DNA from: Candidatus Saccharimonadota bacterium
GTDB taxonomy: Bacteria > Patescibacteriota > Gracilibacteria > Absconditabacterales > Absconditicoccaceae
Length of the DNA: 32,000 bases
Assembly (NCBI GenBank): GCA_030429145.1
Contig: JAUIDC010000001.1
Location: 210,001-242,000, forward strand
Reading direction: 5' to 3'
In this document: in pieces, positions 1 to 10,531 of the stretch
Layout: every line of letters starts with the position of its first letter
Numbering within the stretch: position 1 is the stretch's first letter
Position numbers and translations under genes: made by a program
Notes under the pieces: model-generated
What the model was told of the DNA's origin: nothing
Database searches by the model: none
Seen by the model: the letters and a program-made list of their open reading frames with translations, nothing else

Positions 1-248
1 AATGGTTGAAACACAATCCATTTATCGCACTTGGCACGATGATCTGTGCAGCGGCTGAACTACGCGTTGATAGCTCACCTATGTGAGGATTCGATCGCGA
101 ATGATTTACAAAAGTGCTACAACTTGAAGAAAAAAAGCTGACACCACTAGTACTCCTAGGGCTTGGCTATAGAAGCAAAGATGATAAAGCAGCAGAGCGC
201 AAGAAAGTAAGGTGGGATCATGAAGACGTCATCATCCGTCTTGATTAA
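1..248 (+). CDS. nitroreductase-family protein, C-terminal fragment (5' end outside window)
   Basis: The frame from nt 3 reads ...IALGTMICAAAELRVDSSPM-G(TGA)-GFDRE-G(TGA)-FTKVLQLEEKKLTPLVLLGLGYRSKDDKAAERKKVRWDHEDVIIRLD, with TAA at 246-248. The M-G-GFD and LG(Y)...R...V C-terminal pattern is typical of NfsB/FRase-type nitroreductases. Confidence 0.65.
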
Positions 249-251
249 CTG

Positions 252-1106
252 CTACCCCAATAGACGAGATAATACGACAAAAAACAGCACCATCCCCGAA
301 AGTGTATTTACTCGAGGAAAGATTTTATATATAGAGAAAAGTGTTCATTTTTTATATTGCCACAATGCTACTATCATCAGCGCTATATAGAGAACGCCTA
401 GCAGTCCGAGAATCCAATGATAGAAAAAAGCGATGCTACCTGCCAAAAGATAAAGCAAGAGGCACAAGAATATAGTCCCCAAACCTCAAAGCAACGTTGC
501 GACGGTATCTACCCCTCACTCCTTATCAGCTTGTATGTCAGGCACAGCTGAAAATGCATGCATCGCCATAGCCCAGGCCAGTGCGGCAAGCACAAACATC
601 CAGCCAATGTTTTCTGGTCCAGCGATCAGCAAAAATCAAAACAGCGCTGTTGTTACATAATGTCATGCACTGAAAAACATATCTAGCAACGGTAGACCTT
701 TCGCTCTTATCGGCTTTGCCGAATACTGTCCTGAGAAAAAGAGGAAAAGCAAGAACGCTACGATAGGAGCGATCTCCCATGGGATAAATAAAAGAAAAGG
801 AAGTGTTGAAAAAGCTATTCGCCTCCACAGTTTTAGATGCTCTTTCGGTTCAACAAGAGCCTCATAGGCCTGTTTCTTTGGATTGAGCTTATCTGTTTCA
901 TAGTCGTAGATGTCGTTGATCCCGTATATCCAAATGTTTGCAGGGATGAGAAAATATAAAAAGAATACAGCGATGAGGAACCACATACTCTTATCTCAAG
1001 GCACACCAAATAGTGCCATCCCAGCTATAAGACCAATCATGTATGGCCCCAGTTCATATATTCGAAATCTTGGTCTAGAAATACGCAACACTCTCTGCAA
1101 ATGCAT
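252..1106 (-). CDS. UbiA-family prenyltransferase in a carotenoid cluster (lycopene-elongase-like)
   Basis: ATG at 1104-1106 and TAG at 252-254. The N-terminus is MHLQRVLRISRPRFRIYELGPYMIG. The first Asp-rich motif is NDIYDYETDKLNPKK and the second is PDIQADKEGGVDTVATLLG. The protein is multi-TM and read through 6 in-frame TGA. It lies directly downstream of crtB. Confidence 0.75.
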
Positions 1107-1133
1107 AGTTATATGAGAACAAAAGATAAAAGA

Positions 1134-1976
1134 TTATCGGATATGTTGTAATAAAATACGACCTTTATCAACTTTCGTTGTTCTCGCCGAATGAGAAAAA
1201 ACATCATAGTTGTTTTTTTCTATTTTTCTGAGTATTCACTGATAGAGCTTTGATGCGAGAAAGATAGGTTTCTGAGCAAACTCAGGCAAAAACTGTAATC
1301 ACTCCTCTGCCTCAGCATAAAGCTGATCTGCATGTTCAATTTGCACACGCATAAAATCTTGCCGTGACGCATCAGGATTTTCTCTTCATTCTACATACGC
1401 ACGCACATCATCGTGCGATAAGCCATGTTGACGAAGCTCTTCTTGTGGCATATAAATGCGCTGAAAGTCTCTTCGATCCTCCGCTACATCACGCAAAAAG
1501 TTAGTAAGTTGCATGGCCTCTCAAAGCGCTCTCGCATATGGCAACGCGTGCTCTTTATCAGCGTCCACCAGATAACACATCATCTCTCCGACCACCATGG
1601 CAGAACCATACATATATTGTTGTAACTCCTCATATGTCTCATAAAGACTCTTCTCTGTATCCATTAACATCGCATCCCAAAAACTCTCGCTAGAGAGAAA
1701 TGGGATCTTTTTACGATGAAAAAGCTCTACGGCACTGCCCCAACGCTCATGTGCTATATCTTTTTCCTCATATGCTTTCTGCCACTCTTTCCACATCTCT
1801 TGGAGTATCCTCTTTGCATCTTGTCCCGATCTCTCTTTATCGTCTACGACCAAATCAGGGATGCGAACAAACGCATACAGTGTCATCACATCCTTCTTTA
1901 CATGACGAGGAAAGAACAATGTCGCATAGTAGTAACTTGTTCCATACTTTCTCATATAGTATGACACTGAACGCAT
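1134..1976 (-). CDS. crtB: phytoene (or dehydrosqualene) synthase
   Basis: It starts MRSVSYYMRKYGTSYYYATLFFP...YAFVRIPDLVVDD. After the TGA at 1521 it continues G-EAMQLTNFLRDVAEDRRDFQRIYMPQEEL, the canonical squalene/phytoene synthase signature. TAA is at 1134-1136. Confidence 0.9.
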
Positions 1977-3458
1977 CTAGTGATTTTTACCTGCTAAAAC
2001 TCTTTGCGCAGTCAACTCTCATGAGATGAGAGCCATTTGTGTACCTATTCATGGATTCGTATATGCTCATGTATAGTACAGACCCTTTACTTTTTTGCTA
2101 TAGTTATTTGGTCTAAATGCTGACGTTTGCATGAAAGTATGTGCTAAACCAAGTGCCGTGCCTTTGTATGCATTATATCTCTCCTGAAAATGCTTGATAT
2201 GGAATAACTTTTGATATCTGATACGATCTTGTAGATCGGGTATGTGACACACCTGTGAAATCATCGCCAATATTTTCTCTGTGTAAGCATCTTCCTGTCA
2301 CTGAGAGAGCTCAACACCTGGTGGACATGGCACGAGTACAAACATGTTTTCATGGCCTGCAGGCGCAACTGTATCATCACTCTCACTTGGTTTACAAATA
2401 TAGAGTGACGGATCTGTCGGCATCTCTTTCGTCTTAAAGATCTCTGCAAAGTTTTTCTTCCAGTCCTCGGTAAAGATCAAATTGTGATGTGTCAGCATTG
2501 GTAGCTTCCCCGCTACACCCAAGTAGAGAATATATGCTGAAGGAGCAAGTACTTTTTTCTTTCGATACGACTCAGGATAGGTTTGTTCATGTTTCTCGAG
2601 CAAAACCGTCTCTGTAAAATGCATATCCGCATTGGAAACGACGATGTCTGCCTCAGCGGTTTTCCCATCAGCAAGCTCTATTCCTGTTGTTCTACCATCT
2701 TCTGTCACGATACGAGTGACGGGGCTATTCACATATATTTTCACTCCATTTTTCTCTGCTATAGACTGCAACGACCTAATAATCTCATAGAGTCCTCCTT
2801 TAGGATACCATACGCCCTGCGCAAAGTCCACATGCGACATAAGTGCATAAATTGCCAGTGCATCATAGGGAGATGTTCCCAAAAAAAGCAAAGGATAACT
2901 CACTATTTTCTGCATCTCAGCACTCTTAAAAAATCTTTTCACATAACTCGCCATCTTCTGAAACACATTGAGCCTGATCCCATCTATAAATGTATCCCAT
3001 GAAAAAAAATCTAATACTGAATCGTAATTTCTATACACAAACTTCTTCATCGCGATAGTATACTGATACGACGCACGACATAGATACTCCTTAAATGGCT
3101 TACTCACACCCTTTTCTATCTTCTCAAATGTTTCCAAGTCTCTCTCAAGATCCGCAGCAATATCCACGATACGATTTTGCGGAGTAAAAAAAATTCTATA
3201 ACTTGGATCTAGTTTGGTCAGCTGCAAATGCTGCGTAATATCTTCCTCAACCTGTTCGTAAAAACGTTCAAACACATCAGGCATAAGATATCGACTTGGT
3301 CACATATCAAACCTATACCCATCCTCTTCGAGTAGCGATGCTCTTCCTCCCACATGATCATTTTTCTCGTAGAGGCTAACCTCATATCCGGCGCGTGCAA
3401 GATAAATTGCAGTGCTTAAACCACCTATTCCTCCACCAATGACAACAACTTTTTGCAT
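1977..3458 (-). CDS. crtI: phytoene desaturase (FAD-dependent, CrtI family)
   Basis: The N-terminal Rossmann motif is MQKVVVIGGGIGGLSTAIYLARAGYEVSLYEKNDHVGGRA. The C-terminal part reads YNAYKGTALGLAHT..FRPNNYSKKVKGLYYT-G-AYTNP-G-IG. Four track fragments join across TGA. TAG at 1977-1979 abuts the crtB ATG. Confidence 0.9.
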
Positions 3459-3478
3459 ATGATAAGATAGACTGAATA

Positions 3479-4753
3479 TTAAATAATGTTTACTAGTTCA
3501 CTGATATGTTTCATCCTCTGATGATCAATGATACTCATCTTTTCTCACATCTCTTTTCTTCTTTTCTCGTGCAATTTAGTAGGCAAAATTTGTCCGCCTA
3601 GACCTATCTCTCCTAGAAAAAGGAGATTTTTATCAACGACAATATTTTTGTATTGCGAATAGATACCTGCCGCAATAGCGAGATCAAGTCCACTATCCTT
3701 AAATGAAAACTCTCCTGGGATGTTCACAAAAATATCAAATCGACCAAGGTTTGCTTTTAAGTATCTCTCCAAAATAGCCACAATGAGATTTACTCTTGCA
3801 GGGTCAACTCCAACGATTTGACGGGTAGGAAACTTTCCTTTGGTCTTATTGAGGAGCACCTCTAGATGCACCACTACTGGACGACCATTGTCGATGCCGA
3901 CGGTCAGCACAGAACCGGGTATCGTCAGATTTGCCGAATTAATAATGCGTTCCTTAAGGTCATAAACCGGCTTGAGACCAAATAAGGTCATCTCAAAGAT
4001 CGCAACCTCATCGGTATTACCAAAACGGTTTTTGATGCAACGTAAGATACGATATTGTCAGTAGCGATCTCCTTCGAGATAGAGAACCACGTCAACAAGA
4101 TGTTCAAGATATTTAGGACCAGCAATCTCTCCACCTTTCGTCACGTGTCCTATCACCCACGCAGTGATATTTTTCTTTTTGCATAGCTCTGCTATCTTCT
4201 CTGCACAGTATTTAACCTGAGCAGGGCTACCAGATGCATTATCAATATTTTCTGAATAGATCGTCTGGATAGAGTCTATGATAATAAGATCATACTGTCC
4301 CGTCTCTGCTGTCAGTAAAATATCCTCTAGATGATTTGCATGAAAGATATCCATATGTTCATTCTGTTTATCTTCCGTAATCCTTGCTTGACGATCAACT
4401 ATCTGATCACTTTGTTCCTCACCTGAAAAATATGCCACACGTTGCGTCGTAAACTGTTGTACTATCTGCAAAGCAATAGTCGACTTACCAATACCTGGCT
4501 CTCCACCAAGGAGATAGACTCCTCCTTGTTTCAGTCACTTTGGAAAAATACGAGCAAGCTCTGTGTCTGATAGTGGGATATACTGCGAAGATTTCTTTTC
4601 AGTCACTTCTAGCTCTTGCCCTGTTGCAATCCCCTTCTTTTTTGACTTTCCTGTTATCCCACGCACTTCCGAAAATGAACCAAATGCTCAGCACTCCGAA
4701 CACTTTCCTAGCTTTACTGCACTGCTATGTCAGCAATCATTACATACGTACAT
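3479..4753 (-). CDS. radA: DNA repair protein RadA/Sms
   Basis: The zinc ribbon is MYVCNDC-G(TGA)-HSSAVKLGKCSEC-G(TGA)-AFGSF. The Walker A is GGEPGIGKST, followed by the KNRFG motif and a Lon-like C-terminal domain. TAA is at 3479-3481. Confidence 0.9.
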
Positions 4754-4828
4754 TTTCTACTCTCTCATCTCTAAAATCACCTTAATATACGCATACCCTA
4801 CGCATATGCAACTCAACCGCCATATTCA

Positions 4829-4856
4829 TTGACTTATTGCGTTATATTTATAGAAT
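4829..4856 (+). promoter_or_regulatory. sigma-70-type promoter upstream of rpoD
   Basis: TTGACT (4829-4834), a 16-nt spacer, then TAGAAT (4851-4856), about 35 nt upstream of the ATG at 4891. Confidence 0.5.
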
Positions 4857-4890
4857 TGTGAGAATTTACGTCTTTCGAAAGAAGAGCACC

Positions 4891-6132
4891 ATGGCAATGA
4901 GACAACTCAAAATCACCAAGGCAATTACCAATCGTGAATCACAATCACTTGAAAAATATCTACAAGAAATTGGGAAAATAGACCTCATCACTCCAGAAGA
5001 GGAGGTCCAACTTGCCCTACGTATAAAACAAGGAGATCAAGTCGCATTGGAAAAGCTGACGAAAGCCAATCTTCGTTTTGTAGTATCTGTTGCTAAACAG
5101 TATCAAAATCAGTGACTCTCTCTTTCGGACCTTATAAATGAATGAAATCTTGGTCTCATTAAAGCTGCCCAACGTTTTGATGAGACAAAAGGATTTAAAT
5201 TTATCTCATATGCCGTATGGCGAATTCGTCAATCAATTCTCCAAGCATTAGCTGAAAACTCACGCGTCGTTCGTCTTCCTCTCAATAAAGTCTGAATGTC
5301 CAATAAAATTAGTAAAGCCTATTCCAAGCTTGAACAAGACTTTGAACGTGAACCGTCTTCTGAAGAAATAGCCGAGATGCTCGAACGAGAAGTCGAGGAA
5401 GTCGAAAACACACTCTGAATAGGCGGGAAACACGCATCATTAGATGCACCTTTTGCTGGCAGCGAAGGAGAAGATGCTTTAACACTACTCGATTGTTTGA
5501 CATGATCAACAAGCGACTCTCTTTTGGAGGCTCTCGATCAAGAAGATCTCAGAACTCATATTAGATGTGCTCTTGCAAAGCTTACCAAAAAGGAAGCACA
5601 GATTGTTTCTCTCTATTTTGGCTTCGAGGGCGAACCAATGTCTCTACAAACTATTGGGGAAAGTCTTACTCCACCTCTCACTCGTGAAAGAGTAAGACAG
5701 ATCAAAGATAGGGCTGTGTGAAGACTAAAAAGGATTTTGCCAGATGTTATCAAATGAAATCATTTGTCGAAAGATTACGTTTCTCAAAATACTCGTACTA
5801 CTCCGAGACAAAGAGAAGAAATGAAGGGCAAACAAGAAGAACTTACAGAGACCCTCAATGCCTCCGCCCACTCTGTTTGGCAAGAACTACCGCTTGGATT
5901 GCGCTGACTGCCAAAAGACGTCCAGATTACTTGGATTATACAACACTCTCCGCTTGATCCGCATCATCAAGAGATGGCACTTCATTATTTTGTGAGAAAA
6001 AACTATAATCTCAATATTACTAAACCCGGGAATGAAAGCCTCAACGACCATTTCGTCAGAGAAGCAAAGCTGAAACGACAACCCAAAATTGAAAAAGTAC
6101 TAGGAAAGAAAATAGATTTTATCGGAAATTAA
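4891..6132 (+). CDS. rpoD: primary RNA polymerase sigma-70 factor (Bacteroidetes-like short RpoD core) with a 125-aa C-terminal extension under code 25
   Basis: It reads [29 protein letters not shown]...[58 protein letters not shown]...[26 protein letters not shown]. The 288-aa core ends at the TGA at 5755-5757. The first TAA/TAG in frame is at 6130-6132. Confidence 0.85.
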
Positions 6133-7193
6133 ATCTTCCTCAAAAGCTCAATAATTTGCTGAAAATACTGTCAGTACTCCGGTACGGGCAGTTTTATTTT
6201 AGAGAGAAGTTTTTCTGCTTCGGAAAGATACTCTTCGACTTTTTCTTTTCCGTATGCTACTGCTCCACTATCTATGAACACTTGGCGCAGTTCATCAATT
6301 TGAGGCTTTGAAAGTCTCTTACCCATAGCACTACTAATAGCCAAGCGGTGTGCGTATTTACCAGTTTCGTAGATATACTGTGTTAAGTAGGTCTGTTGAC
6401 CATCCTGGATGTCAGAAAACTTTGTCTTGTCATCATAGTGCGTCGTCTCATAGCCCTCCTCTACGATCACATCAAGAAGATCATCACGCATCTGATAGGC
6501 CTTTCCAAGGACTTCACCAAGTTTTTCAATTTTTTTACACTCTGCTTTCGACGCCCCTGCTAACAATGCTCACGTCAACATAGGTCTCACAAAAGTATAC
6601 TTCCCTGACTTATAATGATTTTTTCTCTCTAACAACTCCTGGTCAACACCATCTCCTACCATAATATCTACATCTATTACCTGTCATGCAATCACCTCTT
6701 CTACTGTCTCTTGTACATTACGAATGGCTTGCTGGATAAGCTCTTTCGAGATAGTGTACGAACTATACAGGACATCATACACCCATGAGAAAATAAGATC
6801 TCCCATCAAAATAGCCTGAGCTACACCAATGTGCTCTTTGTTTGTTGATGAAAGAAGACCTGCAACAAAAGTGTGATATGTAGCAACGCCGTGCCTCATC
6901 TCACCTTTGTCTATGATATCATCGTGTACGAGAGCCATGCTATGTAATAGCTCATGAGACTGAGCAAAGCGCATCAGCTCTTTTTCATCAGCCATACCAC
7001 CATATGCCTTGTGCGTAATGTACACAAGGTAAGGTCTTACACGCTTTCCTCCGCTAAACATAAAATCTTCTATATATGCCACAATCTGTTGCATTCTCGT
7101 TGACGAAGCAATCTTTTGCGACTCTTTTATTTTATCAGTAACATACTTTCTCAATTGCTTATCAAACACTGTTTTAAATGACTTAATGTCCAT
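6129..7193 (-). CDS. polyprenyl diphosphate synthase (FPP/GGPP synthase family)
   Basis: The first DDxxD is LVHDDIIDKGEMRHG and the second is KAYQMRDDLLDV. Three track fragments join across TGA. The tail ...[20 protein letters not shown] ends at TAA (complement of 6129-6131). Confidence 0.85.
6167..6200 (+). terminator. rho-independent terminator-like hairpin after the rpoD reading frame
   Basis: The arms are ACTGTCAGTAC/GTACGGGCAGT (11 positions: 9 Watson-Crick pairs, 1 G-U, 1 mismatch) with loop TCCG, followed by TTTTATTTT. It lies inside the 3' end of the convergent polyprenyl synthase gene. Confidence 0.45.
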
Positions 7194-7293
7194 ATGTCCT
7201 CTAAGAGCTATAAATGTGGTTAAATATACAAATCAAATGACAGAATGCAAACAAGAAAAAATCCCCTCTATAAAGGGAATTCTTCTTTGATGT

Positions 7294-7590
7294 CTAATTG
7301 CACTGATCACAATCTTTTCTATGTTTTTTTGCCCAAGCGACGATAGTTGAAGTCGAAAGTTCATATTTTTGTGCTACGCTACGCGCATCCAAATCATTAT
7401 GACAGTAAGCATCTACGACCTTCTTACGAAAAGCCTCATCGTACGTTCACCTCACACCTCACAGCGTAAACTGTTTATGACAATCTGTACAGCGAAATCT
7501 CTGTCAGCCCTTTGGGAGCTGACCATTTTTTTGTACATGTTCACCATGACAGTATAAGCACTCTCTGAGACGTTTGAGATGCTTGTTCAT
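7294..7590 (-). CDS. IS1 InsA-like zinc-ribbon + HTH protein (orphan, no transposase partner)
   Basis: It reads MNKHLKRLRECLYCHGEHVQKNGQLPKG-G-QRFRCTDCHKQFTL-G-GVR-G-TYDEAFRKKVVDAYCHNDLDARSVAQKYELSTSTIVAWAKKH. The CxxC...G.QR(F/Y)RCxxC pattern followed by an HTH matches InsA/IS1595 N-terminal modules. TAG is at 7294-7296. Confidence 0.6.
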
Positions 7591-7614
7591 TGTATAAGGA
7601 TAATAGATGATAAA

Positions 7615-8082
7615 TTACTTTCTCTTGAGAGATACCGTAAATTTATTTTTTAATCCTGTTTTTTCAAGGATCATATCTCTTCGCCAAAATGCAACTGTAA
7701 CAAATAGTACGATAATAATGAGCGCAAGGTATTCTACCTGTTCATTATGTTCTTCATGATGTACCTCAAATCCTATCCAACGAGGCAAGATATGAAGTAA
7801 CACGACATGTGCTACCAGCATAACAGTTGAGATAGAAAGAAATCTTCCTGCTGTCTGTCTATCCGCCCAGCGGTGCGTCCACCACCAGTTGATCAGACCA
7901 AGTACGATAACTCCGCCAAGATGGAAGAGTTGGATAAGTCCCTCATAAGCAAGTAGATCCTCCAGATGTAGATCTGAAAGAAATGCAAGTATAATAAGCT
8001 CTACCACAAGGATAAGGATATTGTAGACGAGCGTTGCAACACAAATTTTGTGTTCAGTAAACGAGTGTGTGTGACCGTGCAT
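7615..8082 (-). CDS. hypothetical His-rich integral membrane protein
   Basis: A 155-aa intact ORF with 4-5 hydrophobic helices, starting MHGHTHSF and containing a HHEEHNEQ segment. No motif was recognised. Confidence 0.45.
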   Translation of the reverse strand: MHGHTHSFTEHKICVATLVYNILILVVELIILAFLSDLHLEDLLAYEGLIQLFHLGGVIVLGLINWWWTHRWADRQTAGRFLSISTVMLVAHVVLLHILPRWIGFEVHHEEHNEQVEYLALIIIVLFVTVAFWRRDMILEKTGLKNKFTVSLKRK

Positions 8083-8178
8083 AATAGTATTTTTTTGGTT
8101 AATAATAATGCTAGCGGAGAGTATAATAACAAATTTCTCCTCAAAATCAATACAAAAATCCTCAAAAGTAAAACACCG

Positions 8179-9228
8179 CTATTTCCCCCATACTCTCTCT
8201 CGATGCGCTCTCCATACCTCATCAAATGTTCACTCAAGAAACCTTCCTCTACCTCACTGGCCAAGTACTTCACCAGAGCCATTTGCAAGAAATGCCCACG
8301 AGGCATTGTGACCGGCAGAGCTACGCTTCCATCCAAGGATCCCTCACATTTTCACAACATTGATCAACACATTGCCACTACCTGCGGCTCCATAACTTGT
8401 TCGTCACTGTGCTCGCTTTTCTACCTGCTGTATGTCGGGCTTATCTATAAGCTCTTTACGAATAAGTGTATTATTGGGGATATATGTCCGTTCAATAGTT
8501 TTCTCTCTGTCAAAAAGAGAATAGTATCCTTCATAGTATCAGTGCCCGACCTTCGCTACTCCACGCCGGAGAAATGCCTGGAGTGGTTCTGGTGAGGTTT
8601 TTATCTTTGTACTTTCTACCTGCTGCTCATGTAATGAGTTTGCAAATACATTATTGACCACCTGCTTTGTGATCATAGTAAACAGTGGGTAGATAAGAAT
8701 CCATACCGCACCAATTCGATATCGCATCTTTCTCCACGATTTCTTTCTGAGGAACAAATAGACAAACCAAATGATAATCAGTGGAATCGTATAGAACATA
8801 TCAACGACAAAGATATTGTCTCGTGAAAATGTTGCATCGGTAAACGGCAGGAGAAATCTCGTTCCATACGATGTCATTGCATCAACAAAAATATGTCAGA
8901 CCACGATACTAATGTATGACGCTAATGCCCAACGCCACCATGGACGTTTATAGCGATCACTCTTGCCACAGAGTCGACCTACGAGAAGCGCAATGGGGAT
9001 ATTGAAAAACAATGAGTGCATGATGCCTCTATGAAACAAAAACTCGCTCATATAGTCTGTATGCGGCAGGTAGTTATTGACAAAAATATCGAGATCAGGA
9101 ATGTTTGTGATCAGTCCTCCAAGGATCAATGCCTTATTACGCTGCCACCATGAAGCCTGATGAGGCTCCTGTCCAACTACTTTTTCCATGATCCATCATC
9201 CGATAACTCACTGAGTAATATTGTCCAT
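8179..9228 (-). CDS. membrane-bound metal-dependent hydrolase (DUF457 / YbcI-YdjM-like, long form)
   Basis: It starts MDNITQ-G-VIG-G-WIMEKV...LILGGLITNIPDLDIF...FHRGIMHS. The C-terminal region (YYEGYYSLFD...GNVLINVVKMGG...FDEVWRAHRERVWGK) matches the long Bacteroidetes-type family layout. It has 8 in-frame TGA. TAG is at 8179-8181. Confidence 0.7.
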
Positions 9229-9306
9229 AAGCTACTATATATACTAAAGCGTCTACTTATATTTTTCTGATAAGAAGTTACTACTCTTTTTCTATAATGC
9301 TCGATA

Positions 9307-10323
9307 TTAGGCCGTACGTTTTTTTCTCACGTAGACGCCGGGAGTTTTCTCCATGATAAGTCAGTTTATCTCGAGTAGACTCACAGTGGTGAAAATGTCT
9401 GTGACAGTTCAGCGCGTATATGCCACAAACTGGCTGATATTAGCTTCTCCATGGTGGTCTATACATGCAAGGAGCTGTTGCTCTTCAGTGGTTAGTTGCT
9501 CCATCGCTCAGCTCTGCCGCTCGACTCCGTTCCTACGCGAAAAATACTGAGCCAAGAACTGATCCAAGCGGTCGAGCGGCAGTCTCTTCCCCGCAGCGAT
9601 CTGCTCATTGCTTCCTGCAGAAGAGTCTGCAAAGATACTCTGCATCGGCGCATAGACAGGCTTATTGAGCTTGTTTCACATCTCTGCCGTGATAAGCGAG
9701 CCCGAGCCCCTCTGCGCCTCCGGCAAAAAGATCAGATCAGCTAACCCAGCTATCAGGCGATTACGCTGCGGGAACGACCAGTCAGTCGGCACAAACTGAT
9801 GTTTGTATTCTGAGAGAATCATCCCTCCCTCACGGACAATCTGCTGCATCATCTCCCTCCTTCTACTTTTGAGATAATAGGCAAATCATCACCCCAATAC
9901 AGCTACTGTCGGGATCTTATGGCGAATCGATAAGTTATGAGATAACATATCAACGCCATTTGCCAAACCAGACACGGTGATGAGATCATACTGCGCTAGT
10001 TCCTCAAACAACATATGTATCACCTGCTCTGCGTAGGAACTAAGATTTCTCGGTCAGACAATAGCTATAGTGAGCCTGTTGAGCAGGTCGGCATCTCATT
10101 GAGCAAACAGTACTGCCGGTGCCGAAGGCACCGTCTTACACCTCCACGGATAACCTGTAGTTTCATCGTCCACTACCATACCATATATACTGTTTTTGTC
10201 CATCCGCTGCTCCACGGCAGAAATATCTACCTGTGGTAGCTCGTTATTGGCTTTTATCTGCGCCTGAGTCACCTCTGGGACCGTGGCAAAATAGTATGCT
10301 TTGTAGGGCGATTTTTTGTCCAT
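9307..10323 (-). CDS. dprA: DNA processing protein DprA (Smf)
   Basis: Motifs include TIAIV-G-PRNLSSYAEQ, ITVSGLANGVDMLSH, TVAVLG-G-G, FPQRNRLIAGLADLIFLPEAQRGSGSLITAEM and a C-terminal winged-helix-like tail. TAA is at 9307-9309. Confidence 0.85.
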
Positions 10324-10466
10324 TTTTATGTTTTTGATATAATTTGTAGTACGATAGTTATTCGGGCAAGCATTGCGACCAAACCGCTTCAGATCACGGT
10401 TTTTCTATCCATTCTTACGATTATCACACATTCTTTATGTATTTTTCAAAAAAAGTCATCAGTTAT

Positions 10467-10494
10467 TTGACACATTTACTTTTTATCGTATAAT
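10467..10494 (+). promoter_or_regulatory. sigma-70-type promoter upstream of the M23 peptidase gene
   Basis: TTGACA (10467-10472), a 16-nt spacer, then TATAAT (10489-10494). Confidence 0.55.
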
Positions 10495-10531
10495 ATAGAT
10501 GTGAAATTATTTAGAAGTTTTGCATAGCAAT

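Noticed and set aside
5718-5957. GTG-initiated 79-aa ORF overlapping the end of rpoD in another frame.
   Set aside because: It has a basic, low-complexity composition. The in-frame continuation of rpoD through the TGA is the simpler reading under code 25.
6003-6170. On a first pass the polyprenyl synthase seemed to read through its near-terminal TGA for ~55 junk codons, antisense to the rpoD extension.
   Set aside because: Re-indexing shows an in-frame TAA (complement of 6129-6131) only 14 codons after the TGA. The gene ends cleanly, and only the stop codons overlap.
7194-7615. Possible complete IS1-family insertion sequence around the InsA-like gene.
   Set aside because: There is no InsB/DDE transposase ORF in any frame, even allowing TGA read-through. 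No terminal inverted repeats or target duplications could be recognised in the ~100-nt flanks.
8050-8595. Long plus-strand ORF (181 aa). Similar antisense ORFs occur at 2583-3002, 9353-9744, 10643-10960, 11296-11520, 19285-19596, 22040-22399, 24391-24738 and 26480-26845.
   Set aside because: All lie opposite strongly supported genes, have low-complexity or Cys/Ser/Leu-biased composition, and show no motifs. They are shadow ORFs.
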